From Candidatus Babelota bacterium (lineage in GTDB: Bacteria; Babelota; Babeliae; Babelales; GCA-2401785), in assembly GCA_016871815.1 (NCBI GenBank), contig VHBT01000002.1, forward strand, positions 17,359-81,358: a stretch of DNA of 64,000 nucleotides, in the 5' to 3' direction. A program made the translations under genes and the position numbers. The first letter of the stretch is position 1. Each line of letters opens with the position of its first letter. Of this stretch, positions 27,443 to 37,400 are shown in pieces. The notes beneath the pieces are model-generated. The model did no database searches. It saw only the letters and a list, made by a program, of their open reading frames with translations, and was not told where the DNA came from.

Positions 27443-28102
27443 ATGAATAACGTTTTTTCTCAGTTTTTAGTAACGCTTACAAAAGTTGCCTCAGGAATAC
27501 CGACAACCCTTGTCTACTCTTTCTTACCCCTTCTTTTTGGCTTCACTTTTGGGATCTTTCTTGCTTTTGCCAAAATTAGCGGCCCTCGACCGCTTAGATG
27601 GTTTGTAAACTTCTACGTATCAGTATTTAGAGGGACTCCGTTACTCGTCCAATTGTTTTTAGTGGCTTACGGATTACCCTTTAAACTGTCTCCTTTCACA
27701 ACAGGAATTATTGCCTTTTCACTCAACTCTTCAGCGTATGTTTGCGAAATCATCCGTGCGGGAATTGAAGGAGTAAGCAAAGGACAATACGAAGCGATGC
27801 AAGCTCTCTCAATTCCTTACTGGATTGGCATGAAAGATATTATTCTTCCTCAAGCTCTTAAAACGGTTCTACCGGCGCTTGTCAGCGAAAGCATCAACCT
27901 TGTAAAAGAATCTGCTATCATTTCACAACTACCAAGCATTACGGATATCACCCGATGCGCTCATTTGGTAAATACCGAAACATATGCGTTTTTTGAGCCA
28001 ATGCTTGCTGCCGCATGCTGTTATTACATAATTACCAGTATTTTAAACTTTATTGGGTACAAACTCGAAATGTACCTTCAAACCGAGAATGACCATGATT
28101 AA
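27443..28102 (+). CDS. Polar amino-acid ABC transporter permease
   Basis: 219 aa. HisM/GlnP-like, with EAA-type loop SSAYVCEIIRAGIEGVSKGQYEAMQALS. Confidence 0.85.
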   Translation: MNNVFSQFLVTLTKVASGIPTTLVYSFLPLLFGFTFGIFLAFAKISGPRPLRWFVNFYVSVFRGTPLLVQLFLVAYGLPFKLSPFTTGIIAFSLNSSAYVCEIIRAGIEGVSKGQYEAMQALSIPYWIGMKDIILPQALKTVLPALVSESINLVKESAIISQLPSITDITRCAHLVNTETYAFFEPMLAAACCYYIITSILNFIGYKLEMYLQTENDHD

Positions 28103-28823
28103 AATTAAAAACCTCTACAAATCATTTGGATCATCATCACACAGCAAACAAGTACTTAAAAATATCAATTTAACCATAAAAAAAGGTGAAGTTGTTTGCG
28201 TCATCGGCCCATCAGGAAGCGGAAAATCAACACTGCTTCGCATGATCAACCGGTTAGAACTGCCATCTGCAGGAAGTGTTTTTATCGATAATACTGAACT
28301 TACAGAAACGACAGAAAAAGATTTAGTAAAAAAAACAGGAATGGTTTTCCAGCTTTTTAATCTTTTTGAAAACCTCACGACCTTAGAAAATGTCTGCTAT
28401 GCCCCGATCAATTCTCTTGGGATGAACCCGGCAGAAGCAAATGAACTTGGCGCAACATTACTGGCAAGTGTTGGCCTTGGATCAAAAAAACATGCAAAGC
28501 CAGCAAGTCTTTCTGGTGGCCAAAAACAACGCGTAGGAATTGCTCGCGCACTTGCGATGCGCCCTGAAATTATGTTGTTTGATGAAGCAACCTCAGCACT
28601 TGACCCTGAAATGGTTAAAGAAGTTTTATCTGTCATAAAAAAATTAGCCAACCATGAAATGACAATTGTTCTTGTAACCCATGAAATGGGATTTGCAAAC
28701 GAAATCGCTGATAGAGTTCTATTCATGGATCATGGCGAAATTATTGAAGACCAACCAGCAAAACAATTCTTTACTTCTCCAAGACATCCTCGAGTAAAAG
28801 ACTTTTTATCAAAGATTTTTTAA
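28089..28823 (+). CDS. glnQ: Polar amino-acid ABC transporter ATP-binding protein (start at 28089 or 28095)
   Basis: Walker A GPSGSGKST, signature LSGGQKQRVGIARAL, Walker B MLFDEATSALD. The track start at 28053 lies inside the permease gene, so MTMIKIKNLYKSFG is the more likely N-terminus. Confidence 0.85.
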   Translation: MTMIKIKNLYKSFGSSSHSKQVLKNINLTIKKGEVVCVIGPSGSGKSTLLRMINRLELPSAGSVFIDNTELTETTEKDLVKKTGMVFQLFNLFENLTTLENVCYAPINSLGMNPAEANELGATLLASVGLGSKKHAKPASLSGGQKQRVGIARALAMRPEIMLFDEATSALDPEMVKEVLSVIKKLANHEMTIVLVTHEMGFANEIADRVLFMDHGEIIEDQPAKQFFTSPRHPRVKDFLSKIF

Positions 28824-28856
28824 AACAACTATTTCTTTAAACGAAAGCGTTGTTTT
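28822..28856 (+). terminator. Possible stem-loop terminator after the ABC operon
   Basis: aaaacaac (28822-28829) pairs with gttgtttt (28849-28856), with an inner cttt/aaag pair. The stem is AT-rich and has no separate U-tract. Confidence 0.3.
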
Positions 28857-28898
28857 ACCATAGGTTCAAATATATCAAACTAAATTGTTGGTTAATCT

Positions 28899-30017
28899 AT
28901 GATTTTGCTCGCAAAGACGCTTGTTAGCGCTCTTTTTTTCTGCACACTTTCACTGGTGGGTTTTAGCACAAACTACTCAACGCTCAGCCTTACATCTGAG
29001 CACAAAGATTCATTTTTAGACGCATGTACTCCAAACAAAAAACACATTTATGGACAACTATTTGCTAAAAACGAATCTGTTGATGAACAAATTACAGTTT
29101 TCAGTAGACCAAACATAAGCGAGTTAAGTCAAAAGGAATTACATATTCTCACCAACGCGTGCAAAAAAACAACTCAATTTTTAACATCGAGAACTAAAAA
29201 ATTCTTTACGTATCAGCACGCTCCTAGAAGCAAAAAAGCTCTTCTCATTACGCTCAATTTTGCAGATCCCGCGCTCTTCAGATTTTGCAAATCAAACCTT
29301 TTTGCGCAAGACGAAATTCAAGTTGCAGAGCATCCGCACCTTGGCCTTCTTGCTCAAGAAATAGCCGAAGATGCACCTGCAGTTTTAGATACAAGATCAA
29401 ATTCTGTAATCATTCATAATGTTCCTCAACTCTGCAGAATTGATTCTCAAAAACCAATTGATGGTAAAATTTTATACGGAAATAATTTTGCTAGCGCATC
29501 AGTTGCTGAAATTGATCACAGACTCTCACTGCTTGAACCTCATCAAAATAATACCCTTCTTGCAATTTGCGCTCCGAACGTAACTGGTCGACGAGTTTAC
29601 ACAACAATGATGATTCAAGATTTTTTTGCTCAAATTCTTTCTGGCTTTCAACACACCCAAGCTGTAACAACAGAACTAGGATTTAAAAAAATTATTATTC
29701 ATTCAGGCGGACTTGGAACAGGGGCATTTGGACATCACAAAGTAGTCAGTATTGTTTTACAACTTATCGCCGCACAAATAGTTTCTCAATCAATGAAAAA
29801 TCCCCGAAACCTTGAAATCAGATTCTTTGGAACAACCGAAAAAACATATCGCAAAGCTTTTGATATTTTTAAAGCGTTCAAGTCGCAATTGAAAAAAGAA
29901 AAATTCGATTTTTCCCATGAAATACTTACTCAAGAAAACGAAAATAGAACCGTTGAGATTCTTGTAAAAATCTTTAATCAAAAAAATATTTTTCCACATC
30001 AAGGAACTGGTGATTAA
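28899..30017 (+). CDS. Secreted poly(ADP-ribose) glycohydrolase (canonical PARG)-like macrodomain protein with a divergent signature
   Basis: 372 aa with a signal-like N-terminus. LNFADPALFRFCKSNLFAQDEI and HSGGLGTGAFGHHKVVSIVLQLIAA align in register with the PARG segments VDFAN(x13)QEEI and [24 protein letters not shown], as I recall them. Confidence 0.5.
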   Translation: MILLAKTLVSALFFCTLSLVGFSTNYSTLSLTSEHKDSFLDACTPNKKHIYGQLFAKNESVDEQITVFSRPNISELSQKELHILTNACKKTTQFLTSRTKKFFTYQHAPRSKKALLITLNFADPALFRFCKSNLFAQDEIQVAEHPHLGLLAQEIAEDAPAVLDTRSNSVIIHNVPQLCRIDSQKPIDGKILYGNNFASASVAEIDHRLSLLEPHQNNTLLAICAPNVTGRRVYTTMMIQDFFAQILSGFQHTQAVTTELGFKKIIIHSGGLGTGAFGHHKVVSIVLQLIAAQIVSQSMKNPRNLEIRFFGTTEKTYRKAFDIFKAFKSQLKKEKFDFSHEILTQENENRTVEILVKIFNQKNIFPHQGTGD

Positions 30018-31024
30018 AAAAAATGTGCATTAAAAAAAAACTCAAACGCACTTGATTCAGAGCCATTTTTGAGTTCACAATCGAGCTCAAAAAGTTTTTG
30101 ATGTAATTGAACGCAATACGTTTTTGTATATTTTTTCCATCCATTTTTCCAGGTAAAATATGGCGCAAGTGAATGCTCTTGCCCTTGAGGTGTTGTTTTC
30201 GGATTCTCACTCGCACGATCAATATAAAAATAAGCCAAAAACAATTGGTTTGACCAATATGATGTCCAAAAAACATCAGAATATTCGGACGCTAATCGAC
30301 TCCACTCAGCAAAAAACCGCTTTGCATTTTTTGTCCAAAAAAATTCTGATATATCTCGCAACTCACCACCCTCAAAAGCCAGCGAAAATAGATAGTCTTT
30401 AGACTTTTCCCATGTTTTTTTACTCATGCATCCAACATGATCAAATAAAACCAACGCTTGATCTAATGAAAGCTCAAAAAAAAGCGAATATACTTCACGC
30501 AATTCTATTGTTGATGAAAAATCGGCCAAACAAGCACAGAGCAAAAAATCATCATACGACAAGCGATCTGGAATTTTTACAAATTCAACCTCATGAGCCC
30601 TCTCCCCCAAAAACGACTTAAGCAAATCAGCGTCTTTCTGAGATAGGGATGCACAATACACCACAGATGAACCAAGCAACGAATAAAACTGTTTAAAAAA
30701 AGCCTGTTTTTGGGCCTGATTCAAAAAACTACCATCAGGAGAGCTGAGAAAATCTACTAACCAAACAATATCTGGCCGAAGAAGTACTTCACTTGAGCCA
30801 AAAAGACTTAATTGTTCACGATTTTCATTATCTTCACGTTTTAGCTCTTCTGCTGTAAGCGCATTTAAAATACGTAATGAATAACGCTTTTTTAGAATCG
30901 TGGCGATAAATGGCTGCAAGCGAACACTGTGCATATGTTGATAAACAAAAAAGACATGCGTATTCCACATGTCTTCACGTTTATTTATTATTTCTGAAAA
31001 AAAAGCTGCAAAAGACTTCATCAA
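30014..31024 (-). CDS. Hypothetical protein; possibly a DNA polymerase III delta (HolA)-like subunit
   Basis: 336 aa. The size, helical character and position in a housekeeping operon are compatible with HolA, but no diagnostic motif was recognised. Confidence 0.25.
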   Translation of the reverse strand: MMKSFAAFFSEIINKREDMWNTHVFFVYQHMHSVRLQPFIATILKKRYSLRILNALTAEELKREDNENREQLSLFGSSEVLLRPDIVWLVDFLSSPDGSFLNQAQKQAFFKQFYSLLGSSVVYCASLSQKDADLLKSFLGERAHEVEFVKIPDRLSYDDFLLCACLADFSSTIELREVYSLFFELSLDQALVLFDHVGCMSKKTWEKSKDYLFSLAFEGGELRDISEFFWTKNAKRFFAEWSRLASEYSDVFWTSYWSNQLFLAYFYIDRASENPKTTPQGQEHSLAPYFTWKNGWKKYTKTYCVQLHQKLFELDCELKNGSESSAFEFFFNAHFF

Positions 31025-31036
31025 TCAACCAGTATG

Positions 31037-31921
31037 TTATTTTTTAGCGATACGATTTCCAAGCGAAAAGAGCGGTGTTTTAAGATTTTTATCATTTTTG
31101 TCTTTAGTAGAAAATGCCGGTTTTAAAACTTCATCACTTTTTGAAGGAAGGGCTAAATTAAATAGCGCCGCTTTTGACGCATCATTTTCAGCCAAACCAA
31201 AATTCCATGCTTCAAAAACTTTTTCAACACCTTGTTGACCAAGAGCATATAATTGATTAAATAAATCGGCAGAAACAGGTTTTTTTTCACACGTTCCTTG
31301 AATTTCAATAATTTCACCCGACTCTGTCATTACAAAATTAAAATCTGCATCAACTGAATTATCTTCATCCTGATCAAGATCAAGATAAACTTCGCTATCC
31401 TTAATGCCAACAGAAATCGCAGCAACTTTTTGCACCGTTAAATCAGTAGGTATAATGCCATTTTTATGCCAAATGTCGCATGCGCGAGAAAGTGCCAATG
31501 AAACAGCCGCAATAGCCGCTGTTCTTGTGCCTCCATCTGCTTGTAAAACATCACAATCGATATAAACGGTAAATTCGCCCAACTTTGAAGGATCAAAGAC
31601 TGACCTGAAAACACGTCCAATAAGCCTTGAAATTTCTACTGAACGAGCATTTCGCTGCGCAAGCGTAGATTCTCTGACATTGCGTTTACGCGTTGAAATT
31701 GGAAGCATTTCGTATTCGGCGGTTAACCAACCTTCACCTTTGCCCCGCAAAAATTGTGGAACGCCAGGATTTAAAGAAACAGATGCAACAACAACAGTAT
31801 CACCAGCGCGATACAACACAGAGGAAGGAGCAAACCCGAACGGGTTATAAACAAAAGAAACCGGCCGAATCTCATGAAGCTGCCGGTTTCCACGTCTTTG
31901 TATATTTTTTTTGTTAATCAC
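31037..31921 (-). CDS. rph: Ribonuclease PH with a C-terminal extension of about 50 aa
   Basis: RQLHEIRPVSF...GDTVVVASVSL...GEGWLTAEYEMLPISTRKR...ISRLIGRVFRSV...IDCDVLQADGGTRTAAI. 294 aa, against about 240 aa for typical RNase PH. Confidence 0.85.
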   Translation of the reverse strand: MINKKNIQRRGNRQLHEIRPVSFVYNPFGFAPSSVLYRAGDTVVVASVSLNPGVPQFLRGKGEGWLTAEYEMLPISTRKRNVRESTLAQRNARSVEISRLIGRVFRSVFDPSKLGEFTVYIDCDVLQADGGTRTAAIAAVSLALSRACDIWHKNGIIPTDLTVQKVAAISVGIKDSEVYLDLDQDEDNSVDADFNFVMTESGEIIEIQGTCEKKPVSADLFNQLYALGQQGVEKVFEAWNFGLAENDASKAALFNLALPSKSDEVLKPAFSTKDKNDKNLKTPLFSLGNRIAKK

Positions 31922-31923
31922 GA

Positions 31924-34020
31924 TTACTCAAGGTCAGGAGCTGACAATCGGATTCTTCCCGTCTCTTTATCAACAGCAAGAACTTTAACTTTCAACTTAT
32001 CGCCAGATTTATATTTACGAGCAACGTCAGGTTGTTTTTGTTTTGCAATCGCAGAAATATGAACTAAGCCATCACAACCAGGAACAAGCTCAACAAAAAT
32101 GCCAAAATCAGCGATCTTGCGAACAACACCTTCAAACATAGCACCGATTTCAAAATCTCCGACAATAGCCTTAATCCAGCCAACAGCTTTTTCTGCTTGA
32201 ACAGCAGATTTGCCATACACTTTTACTAAGCCTGAATCTTCAATATCAATTTCGCATTCAGTTGAAGCCATAATTTCTTTGATAACCTTACCACCCGTTC
32301 CAATAACAGCACCAATCTTTGAAGGAGAAATTGTTAATGTAACAAACTGTGGAGCACGAGGGGACAATTGCTTACGAGAAGACGAAATAACTTTAGCCAT
32401 TTCATCCAAGATATGATTTCGCGCTTTTTCTGAACGAGCAAACGCGTCAGTCATTAATTCACGAGTCAAACTGATTCCATGTTTAACGTCAAGCTGCAAG
32501 CCACAGGTCCCACGACGAGTTCCTGTAATCTTAAGATCCATAAAACCAAATGCGTCTTCATCACCCAAGATATCAGTGAGAACTTTATATTTTCCATGAC
32601 CATTAGAGACAAGTCCCATCGCAACACCAGCAACAGCATCAGACACAGGAACCCCTGCATCCATGAGCGCTAAACTGGTTACACAAACAGATGCCATAGA
32701 ACTTGATCCATTTGACCCTAAAATATCGACTAGCGAACGAATGGTATATGGAAAAGTTTTATTGTCAGGCAAGACATGCTTAAATGAAATTTCAGCTAAA
32801 TGTCCATGACCAATTTCTCGACGACTTACCGAACGAGAAGGACGACATTCACCGGTTGAAAACGCTGGGAAGTTATAATGTAACATAAAGGATTGCTCAA
32901 TTGCACCATATGCAAGAGATTCAACCTTCTGAGCATCTTGACCAGTACCAAGAGTCAACGTTCCAAGCGCTTGAGTCTCACCACGTTGAAACAACGCAGA
33001 TCCATGAGAAGCTGGTAAAACACCAACTTCACAGCTAATTTGACGAACCTGGTCTAAGGCACGACCATCAAACCTAACCTCTTGATTATAAACAGAAATC
33101 GGAAGCAATTCTTTAATTTCTGCATCAACAAGATACTTTAAAATCGATTCTCCAATACGTCCAGCAACAACATCTTGCTCAAAATGCCCTGCAACAAGAC
33201 CCTTACACTCTCTAACGCCAGATTTAAATGCCTCTTTGCTCGAAAGACCAATAAGAGATTTAATTTTTTCAATCGGAAGAGCAGCTCGGATTTTTGCTTG
33301 CCAGCCATGCCAATCAAAGCCTTCTGAGAGATTTATTTTAGACTTACCAACCTCACGAATAACTTCTTCTTGCCACGCAACCAACTCACAAATAATTTCA
33401 TGCGCTTTAAAAAGCATCTCGATCATTTCTTCATTTGAAAGGTCATTTGTATACCCTTCAACCATCGAAATGCCGCCTTTTGTTCCAGCAACTACGATAC
33501 AAGAATCTGATTCTTTTGCGGCCATAGCATCGCAATTAAACTTCCAAGCTCCTGCAATGCGATACGCATACACTGCTGCAACTGGTTCTTGAAATGGAAT
33601 ATCCGAAATTCCAAGAGCCAACGAAGCCCCTGTGACCGCAAGAACGCCTGAAGGAATCTTTGAATCAGAAGACAATAACTGTGAAGAAATTTGAACTTCT
33701 TTGAAATAAAACTCAGGGAACAAAGGTCGAACAGATCTATCAATCAATCGCGACAACAAAACTTCAGATTCTGAAAGTTGTGCTTCACGTTTTTTAAAAC
33801 CACCTGGAAATTTACCAACGGCCGCAGGACGCTCACGATGTTCCACTGTTAATGGGAAAAAACCCTGAAATTCGCGCTCTTCTTCACTCGCGCACACAGC
33901 AGACAAAACAATGCAATCACCAGATCGAATCCACACTGACCCATTAGCTTGAAGTGCAACTTTTCCAATCTCAACTTCAATCCCAAGGGATGATAATACA
34001 AATTTTTTAGACATATTCAC
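31924..34020 (-). CDS. pnp: Polynucleotide phosphorylase
   Basis: 698 aa. Two RNase PH-like domains, KH (IGAVIGTGGKVIKEI) and S1 (GAMFEGVVRKIADFGIFVELVPGCDGLVHIS). Confidence 0.95.
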   Translation of the reverse strand: MNMSKKFVLSSLGIEVEIGKVALQANGSVWIRSGDCIVLSAVCASEEEREFQGFFPLTVEHRERPAAVGKFPGGFKKREAQLSESEVLLSRLIDRSVRPLFPEFYFKEVQISSQLLSSDSKIPSGVLAVTGASLALGISDIPFQEPVAAVYAYRIAGAWKFNCDAMAAKESDSCIVVAGTKGGISMVEGYTNDLSNEEMIEMLFKAHEIICELVAWQEEVIREVGKSKINLSEGFDWHGWQAKIRAALPIEKIKSLIGLSSKEAFKSGVRECKGLVAGHFEQDVVAGRIGESILKYLVDAEIKELLPISVYNQEVRFDGRALDQVRQISCEVGVLPASHGSALFQRGETQALGTLTLGTGQDAQKVESLAYGAIEQSFMLHYNFPAFSTGECRPSRSVSRREIGHGHLAEISFKHVLPDNKTFPYTIRSLVDILGSNGSSSMASVCVTSLALMDAGVPVSDAVAGVAMGLVSNGHGKYKVLTDILGDEDAFGFMDLKITGTRRGTCGLQLDVKHGISLTRELMTDAFARSEKARNHILDEMAKVISSSRKQLSPRAPQFVTLTISPSKIGAVIGTGGKVIKEIMASTECEIDIEDSGLVKVYGKSAVQAEKAVGWIKAIVGDFEIGAMFEGVVRKIADFGIFVELVPGCDGLVHISAIAKQKQPDVARKYKSGDKLKVKVLAVDKETGRIRLSAPDLE

Positions 34021-34061
34021 CTAGCAACCCAACTTTCCATTCTGTTTTATTACAGAATTAT

Positions 34062-34322
34062 TTATACCGCTAACTTATCAGCAAGCTTCAAATACAATTC
34101 TCGATCAGTACGATTAAGATACGCTAAAAATCTTTTTCTTTCACCAACCATTTTAATCAAGCCATATCTAGAATGCTTATCTTTTGGGAAAAGCTTCAAA
34201 TGACCACTAACCTTACGAATACGAGCATTAAGCAAAGCGATTTGAACCGCCGAAGAACCTGTATCCGCAGAATTTGAACCGAATTGCTCTACAATAGACG
34301 CAACAACTTCTTTATTTAACAT
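34062..34322 (-). CDS. rpsO: 30S ribosomal protein S15
   Basis: 86 aa. GSSAVQIALLNARIRKVSGHLKLFPKDKHSRYGLIKMVGERKRFLAYL. Confidence 0.95.
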   Translation of the reverse strand: MLNKEVVASIVEQFGSNSADTGSSAVQIALLNARIRKVSGHLKLFPKDKHSRYGLIKMVGERKRFLAYLNRTDRELYLKLADKLAV

Positions 34323-34372
34323 TATGCCAAAACCTTAGCTTCTAAAAACTAACCACTATCTACCACTGTAAA

Positions 34373-34448
34373 TGGTAGGCGCGAGCGGACTCGAACCGCT
34401 GACCCTCGCCACGTCAAGGCGATGCTCTGCCAACTGAGCTACGCGCCT
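34373..34448 (-). tRNA. tRNA-Val (anticodon GAC), CCA encoded
   Basis: The minus strand reads AGGCGCGTAGCTCAGTTGGCAGAGCATCGCCTTGACGTGGCGAGGGTCAGCGGTTCGAGTCCGCTCGCGCCTACCA, a cloverleaf with anticodon loop TTGACGT. It starts 9 nt after the rpoC stop. Confidence 0.9.
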
Positions 34449-34457
34449 ACTCGATTT

Positions 34458-37400
34458 TTAAACCCCAGAAGGGAGAAAAACCTTATCCAGACCTACCTCA
34501 AGAAGCTCCTCTTCTGCGGCTCTCTTCTCAAAGTCTGAACGGTTATCACCAATATATTTCTGCCGGAAAGATGCAACTCCAGTTCCCGCAGGAATCATTC
34601 TACCAATAATGATATTAGACTTCAAGCAGGACAAATAGTCAACCTGTCCAGTTATAGCCGCTTCAGTAAGAACTCGTGTTGTTTCTTGGAAAGATGCTGC
34701 AGCAAGGAAACTATCAGTTTCCAAAGAAGCCTTGGTAATACCCATCAACAACGGACGAGCGATAGCAATTTTCTTACCATCTTTTGCCAAGAGCTCATTT
34801 ACAGCACGCAAATGATGTCTATCAACACGATCTCCAACAACAAAACTTGTTTCACCTGGATCGACAACTCTAACCTTTTTCAACATTTGACGAACAACAA
34901 TTTCTACGTGTTTATCATCAATTGTTTGACCTTGATCGGCATAAACCTCTTGAATTCCACCAACCAAATATCGCTGAAGTTCATCTGGTCCAAGAATCCT
35001 TAAGATGTCATGCGGCGCAGGAAGTCCATCAGTCAAAATATCCCCAGCTTTAACATATTCACCATCTTCGATGTTCAAATGTTTGCTTCGAGAAATATTG
35101 TATTCAAAGACTTCGCCATCATCAGTTGTAACCGTGATTCGTCTCTGACCACGATGAATACCACCAAACTCAACCTTACCATCAGCATCACTCAAGACCG
35201 CCAAATCTTTCGGCATTCGAGCTTCGAATAATTCAACCACTCGCGCCAAGCCACCGGTAATATCCTTGGTTTTTGTAATCTGCTGAGGCATTTTTGCAAC
35301 AACTTGCCCCTGTGTTACAACATCACCATGATTCACGACAATGTTTGTTCCTGTTGGCAAGAAGTAGCGAGCAATAACCTCATTTTCTTTATCCACGATA
35401 GCAAGACAAGGCTGACGCTTTTCTTCTCGACGCTCTAAAATAAACCTTCTGGATTGTCCAGTAGACTCATCGTATTGATCGTGATACGTAACGTTTTCGA
35501 TCAAATCAAGATATTCAATTTTACCAGCATGCTCAGTTACGATAACACGTTGAGGTTCAGCTTGCGCCAATTTTTCCCCAACTTGAACCTGTTGCCCATC
35601 AGTTACAAAAAGAACACTACCGTATTCAATTCTAAAGCGCTCAAGCTCTCGACCATCACCAGACATAATTAAAATGCGTGATTTTCGATTAATAACGACG
35701 CTTGAACCATCTTTTCGAACGACACACTGAACATCTTGAAACAAGACTCTTCCTGCAACGTGTGACGAAAGAAGTGTTTGATCAAGAAGACCAGAAGCCG
35801 TACCCCCAATGTGGAAAGTTCGAAGCGTCAACTGAGTTCCTGGCTCACCAATAGATTGAGCCGCAACAATACCAACCGCAGCGCCAACGTCAACTTTTTG
35901 AGTTGTAGCCAAGTCAAGACCGTAACACTTTACGCAAATACCAACTGCAGCCTGACAAGTTAAAACAGATCGAACATTAACACTTACTAATGCTGAATCG
36001 CGCAACTTATCGATAATGTCATGCGTAATGAAATCACCTTCTCGCGCCAATAATTCATTTGTCACTGGATCTCTCCAGTCTTCAGCCGCAACACGACCAT
36101 AGACTCGCTCATCAAGTGTTTTAAGAACTTTACCTGCTCGCTCAAGCGATTCAATTGTAACATACCCAAGGGTTTTACAATCTTCCGTTGCAATAACCAC
36201 GTCCTGAGCAACGTCAACCAATCGTCTTGTTAAGTAACCAGCATCAGCGGTTTTAAGCGCTGTATCGGCAAGACCTTTTCGAGCCCCGTGAGTTGAAATA
36301 AAGTACTCAAATGGATTCAAACCTTCTTTAAAGTTAGCAAGAACTGGCGTTTCGATAATGTCACCACTCGGGTTAGTCATCGGCCCTCTCATACCACCAA
36401 GCTGTTTCACTTGAGATTTTAAATTTCGCGCTCCAGATGCAAGAATCAAGAAGACCGGATTAAACGGTTTTTTCTTCAAATCTTCATTTTCGACTGCTTG
36501 CGCATCATTTGCCTCAAGCTCTTTCATCATGGCAGATGCAACATCTTCAGTTGCCCTACCCCAAACTTGAATTACATTATTTTGACGCTCACCATTAGTA
36601 ATAGCACCATCACGATATAATTTTTCAATTTTTTCAATTGCAGAGCGACTTGAATCAAGAATTGATTTTTTAGCCTCAGGAACAACCAAGTCATCAATAC
36701 ACAAAGAAATACCACTCTTTGTTGCTGTATCAAAGCCAAGGGTTTTGATTTTATCTAATGCTTCAACGGTTGGCTCAACACCAGCAAATCTATGAATCTT
36801 TGAGATCAACTTACCAATATCCTTGTTCGTCATTGCTTTGTTGATCCATTCAAATTTCACAACAGGAGGCAATACGTCAAACAAGAGAACTCGACCAGTT
36901 GTTGTTTTTACAATTGTTCCATCAGCCAAACGCAATGAAATAATCGCCTGAAGATGAACCTTTTCTTGATTGTATGCAAAAACAAGCTCATCAGTGTTAG
37001 CAAAAACAAGTCCATCACCCAAAAGACCTTTTCGCCCCTTAGTAAGATAATACAAACCAAGAACCATCTCTTTTGAAGGAAGTGAAACCGGTTTGCCACT
37101 TGAAGATGCGATCACGTTTTTTGTTGCCAACATCAATGCACACGCTTCAGCCCTTGAACGATCACTCAATGGCAAGTGAACCGCCATCTGGTCACCGTCA
37201 AAGTCAGCGTTAAATGCTGTACAAACCAACGGATGAATCTTAATTGCTTTACCTTCAACCAAGCGAGGGAAGAATGCCTGAATACCAAGTCTGTGAAGAG
37301 TTGGTGCACGGTTCAAGAGAACCGGACGATCTTTAACAACCTCTTCAAGAGCTGCCCAAACATCCGCTTCCATGTTTTCAACCATGCGCTTTGCAACACG

